Origin: Psilocybe cubensis
Lineage: Eukaryota
Assembly: GCA_017499595.2 (NCBI GenBank)
Contig: CM039001.1
Location: 1,736,001-1,800,000, forward strand
Direction of reading: 5' to 3'
DNA length: 64,000 nucleotides
The notes beneath the pieces are model-generated. The model worked only from the letters and a program-made list of their open reading frames with translations. It searched no databases and was not told where the DNA came from. Each line of letters opens with the position of its first letter. Position 1 is the first letter of the stretch. This document shows, piece by piece, positions 61,758-64,000 of the stretch. The position numbers and the translations under genes were made by a program.

Positions 61758-63088
61758 ATGGAAATGGTCCCAGCTGTATTTCTCCCCCAAGAATATGCAG
61801 AGTACGTTGACGCTCTTCTATATACTTTCAAATTGTTTCAGTTGTATCTGACGATTAACTATCCTTCTAGGGTTGTCGACCTTGAAATCGCAAACATTTC
61901 TGTCTCTGATCAGCAAAGTATGAAGCACAGCTATTCTGAGCTGCCTCCTCTTTGTGATTTCATTAAGGGTGTTTTACCAAGACCGCGAGTTCAATAGCCT
62001 CTACCCTCTTCTGTCCTTGTTGACTAACTTGAATCGCAGCGGGTCTTCTTTGAGTCAGTCTCTGCAAGCCCTGATTCAAACTTACAACACTCGGAGCTGT
62101 GTACAGGCCCCACAGCCGTGCCATTTGTATGAACGAGCCGTGTATTGTGACTCTCTGATATCTCCTAAGCAGAAGGAATTTGTATCGGCTACGTCTGATT
62201 GCACTTATTGTCAATGCAGTCTGTGTTGTCACCCTCGTCTGATATCCACGTAAGTATTTACCACTTGTCATGATTTGGAATGTTCTTTTACATTTTACTT
62301 GTTTCGCCTAGGGATATTTTGAGAGCTCCACGTGAAAAGCTCGAGGAATCATGCAATAATGTCATTTCTGGTCTGGTGAATTACGACTTGCATATTGTCG
62401 CTGCGAGATATGCGCGATATCAAAGGAGTCTTGCCATTGACGATCCTGTTGCACAAAAAGCCGCCGAAATGATGGAAGACTCAAACTACGTCGTTGAGCT
62501 AGAACTATGTCATAACAAAGATGGAAAGCCACAACGGCCCTTTGAGTGTCGACTCTGCGGTTATAGAGCTGAAAAGCAGACTGTGAAGAGGCACATGCTG
62601 CGTATGCACTTGAAGTCGAAGTGAGTTTGGAAATGTTGTTGATTAACTTTCATGTCCCTGATAGCTGACTTGTTCTTAGATCATTCGCATGTCCTTTTGA
62701 GCATTGTGAATATCCAAATAAAATGTGTGACAGGGCTTTCTCCGAGGTATGTAAAACTTGAAGCTTGAAGAGCAGCCGTAGGCCATCACCAGAGTAACAG
62801 CCTTACTATGTAGCGGAGTGGACTCAAGACGCATATAAGTTCTATGCAGTATGTCGTTTACATTAATCTAAGCAACCTGGTTGACGGGATTATCACTTTT
62901 CAAGCCTTAATGATAAACCTCATAAGTGTGCATTTTGCGAGGGTTGCTTCAACGATCCTGCCAAGAGGAACCGACATATCCAAAGAAAGCACCCTGAAGT
63001 AATACTCGAGAAACGTAGGAAATACGCTTTCGATCACCTTCGCCGAAAAGAATTTGGTCAACGTTCAAGGAAATCGAAAAGGAAATGA
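61758..63088 (+). CDS. C2H2 zinc-finger protein (three C-terminal fingers)
   Basis: FECRLCGY...VKRHMLRMH; FACPFEHC...CDRAFSE|RSGLKTHISSMH; HKCAFCEGCFNDPAKRNRHIQRKH. Confidence 0.8.
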
Positions 63089-63126
63089 TCACATCGGCCT
63101 ACCATGAGACAAAGTTATAAAGAAAA

Positions 63127-63640
63127 TTAAATCATGGTAATCGCTTCTTTTCCGTCGGTTGTTGTTGTTTGCAATCCAAGACGCTGTTTAAAATCCATCT
63201 TGAGCTTAGCTACCTTGTTTCTCAATCCTGGATCATTCATGTTTTTGGTAATGGTATTAGGACGGTTCTGTACCAAATATAGCCCCATAGTGTCTAGCAA
63301 GGCAAACATTGACTGTATCATTATCAGCTCATTTATCCAATCTTTTCGTCCTTGAGTATCAGCCTACAGCTTATTGAAAGCTATTAACCTCTTGTCTCGA
63401 TATTTTCTCCTGCGGCTGTGTCAGGACGGTTGCACTCACCAAAATCAGCTCAAGCTCGGAGCCTACTCCGTAATTGCCTGGAATACACTCAACTAAGTAA
63501 TAGTAATAGTCTTCCGGATATTACACAATGGGTTACTTTTAATACATTATCTCTGCCGCCCTCGTATCCATCCGTCCTTTTCATCTTCTGTATTAGCGTA
63601 GATTTTGTGCCACTCTCTACAGTATGGTTGGCCACTACAA
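63127..63640 (-). pseudogene. Possible degenerate gene remnant or orphan 3' exon
   Basis: A protein-like stretch (ADTQGRKDWINELIMIQSMFALLD...) is preceded by the same frame broken by stops. No family was recognised. Confidence 0.2.
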
Positions 63641-64000
63641 GTGAATACATATCATTTTTTAAGGTAACTTATATGATCGTGAACATGTCACATCATATCG
63701 AAGTCTGTCTAGGAGAGACTAAGTTAACTTGTACTTCATTTTCACGGTCCATGTTCCTAATTGGGAGCTATGGCTGCCGAACTGGGACGTGCGAAATTTC
63801 CACAGACGGTAGCCTTGGACGGTTTCACATTTCAAACATCCATGCCCCCGAACCAGCCAGTACTAGGGAGTCTTGCTGTCCAAGGTCCCTCTTTATCCCC
63901 TCAAACCATACATGTATCATCTACAACATGCCACGACCTATCTCTTTTCAAAGGTGTGTCCCGTAAATTCATTATTGTCATGTATCATGATGAGAGCCTC

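Noticed and set aside
63418-63966. 182-aa plus-strand ORF
   Set aside because: It has a non-ATG start, no motif and no support from splice structure.
1-64000. tRNA, rRNA, CRISPR arrays, telomeric repeats, intact transposons, and TGA-CTA readthrough PTS1 extensions
   Set aside because: None was seen by eye, and the stop contexts I checked gave no cryptic PTS1. tRNAscan-SE, Infernal and RepeatMasker would be needed to exclude these formally.

Overview
This window is eukaryotic, gene-dense and intron-rich (introns mostly ~50-60 nt). It is most likely from an agaric-type basidiomycete (inference from intron size, GRP94 presence and protein styles). By splicing the ORF fragments by eye I can support about 27 protein-coding genes. 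In order they are: a Zn2Cys6 transcription factor (truncated by the window start), PABPN1, mitochondrial L19, an Ivy1-like I-BAR protein, mitochondrial AspRS, an F-box protein, RPC34, an Sfp-type PPTase, a pfkB kinase, NC2-beta, SmF, a DUF2423/YBL028C-like protein, a multi-TM membrane protein, CENP-C/Mif2, an Air1/2 zinc-knuckle protein, a WW+FF protein, an MFS transporter, IQGAP, an acyl-CoA ligase, an AKTIP/FTS-like E2 variant, GRP94, an OPT transporter, a disordered hypothetical protein, a Kelch-like + multi-TM protein, an Spd1/Dif1-like RNR-inhibitor candidate and a C2H2 zinc-finger protein. I saw no rRNA, tRNA, CRISPR array or recognisable transposon. The most interesting signals concern splicing, and three cluster at 14.8-18.2 kb: an apparent AT-AC intron at the end of the spliceosomal SmF gene, an apparent GG-AG intron in the pfkB gene, and a 210-nt frame-preserving intron with a single stop codon and a protein-like alternative tail in the DUF2423 gene. 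At least nine GC-AG introns are scattered across the window. CDS coordinates are start-to-stop spans including introns, and all family assignments come from motif recognition, not database searches.
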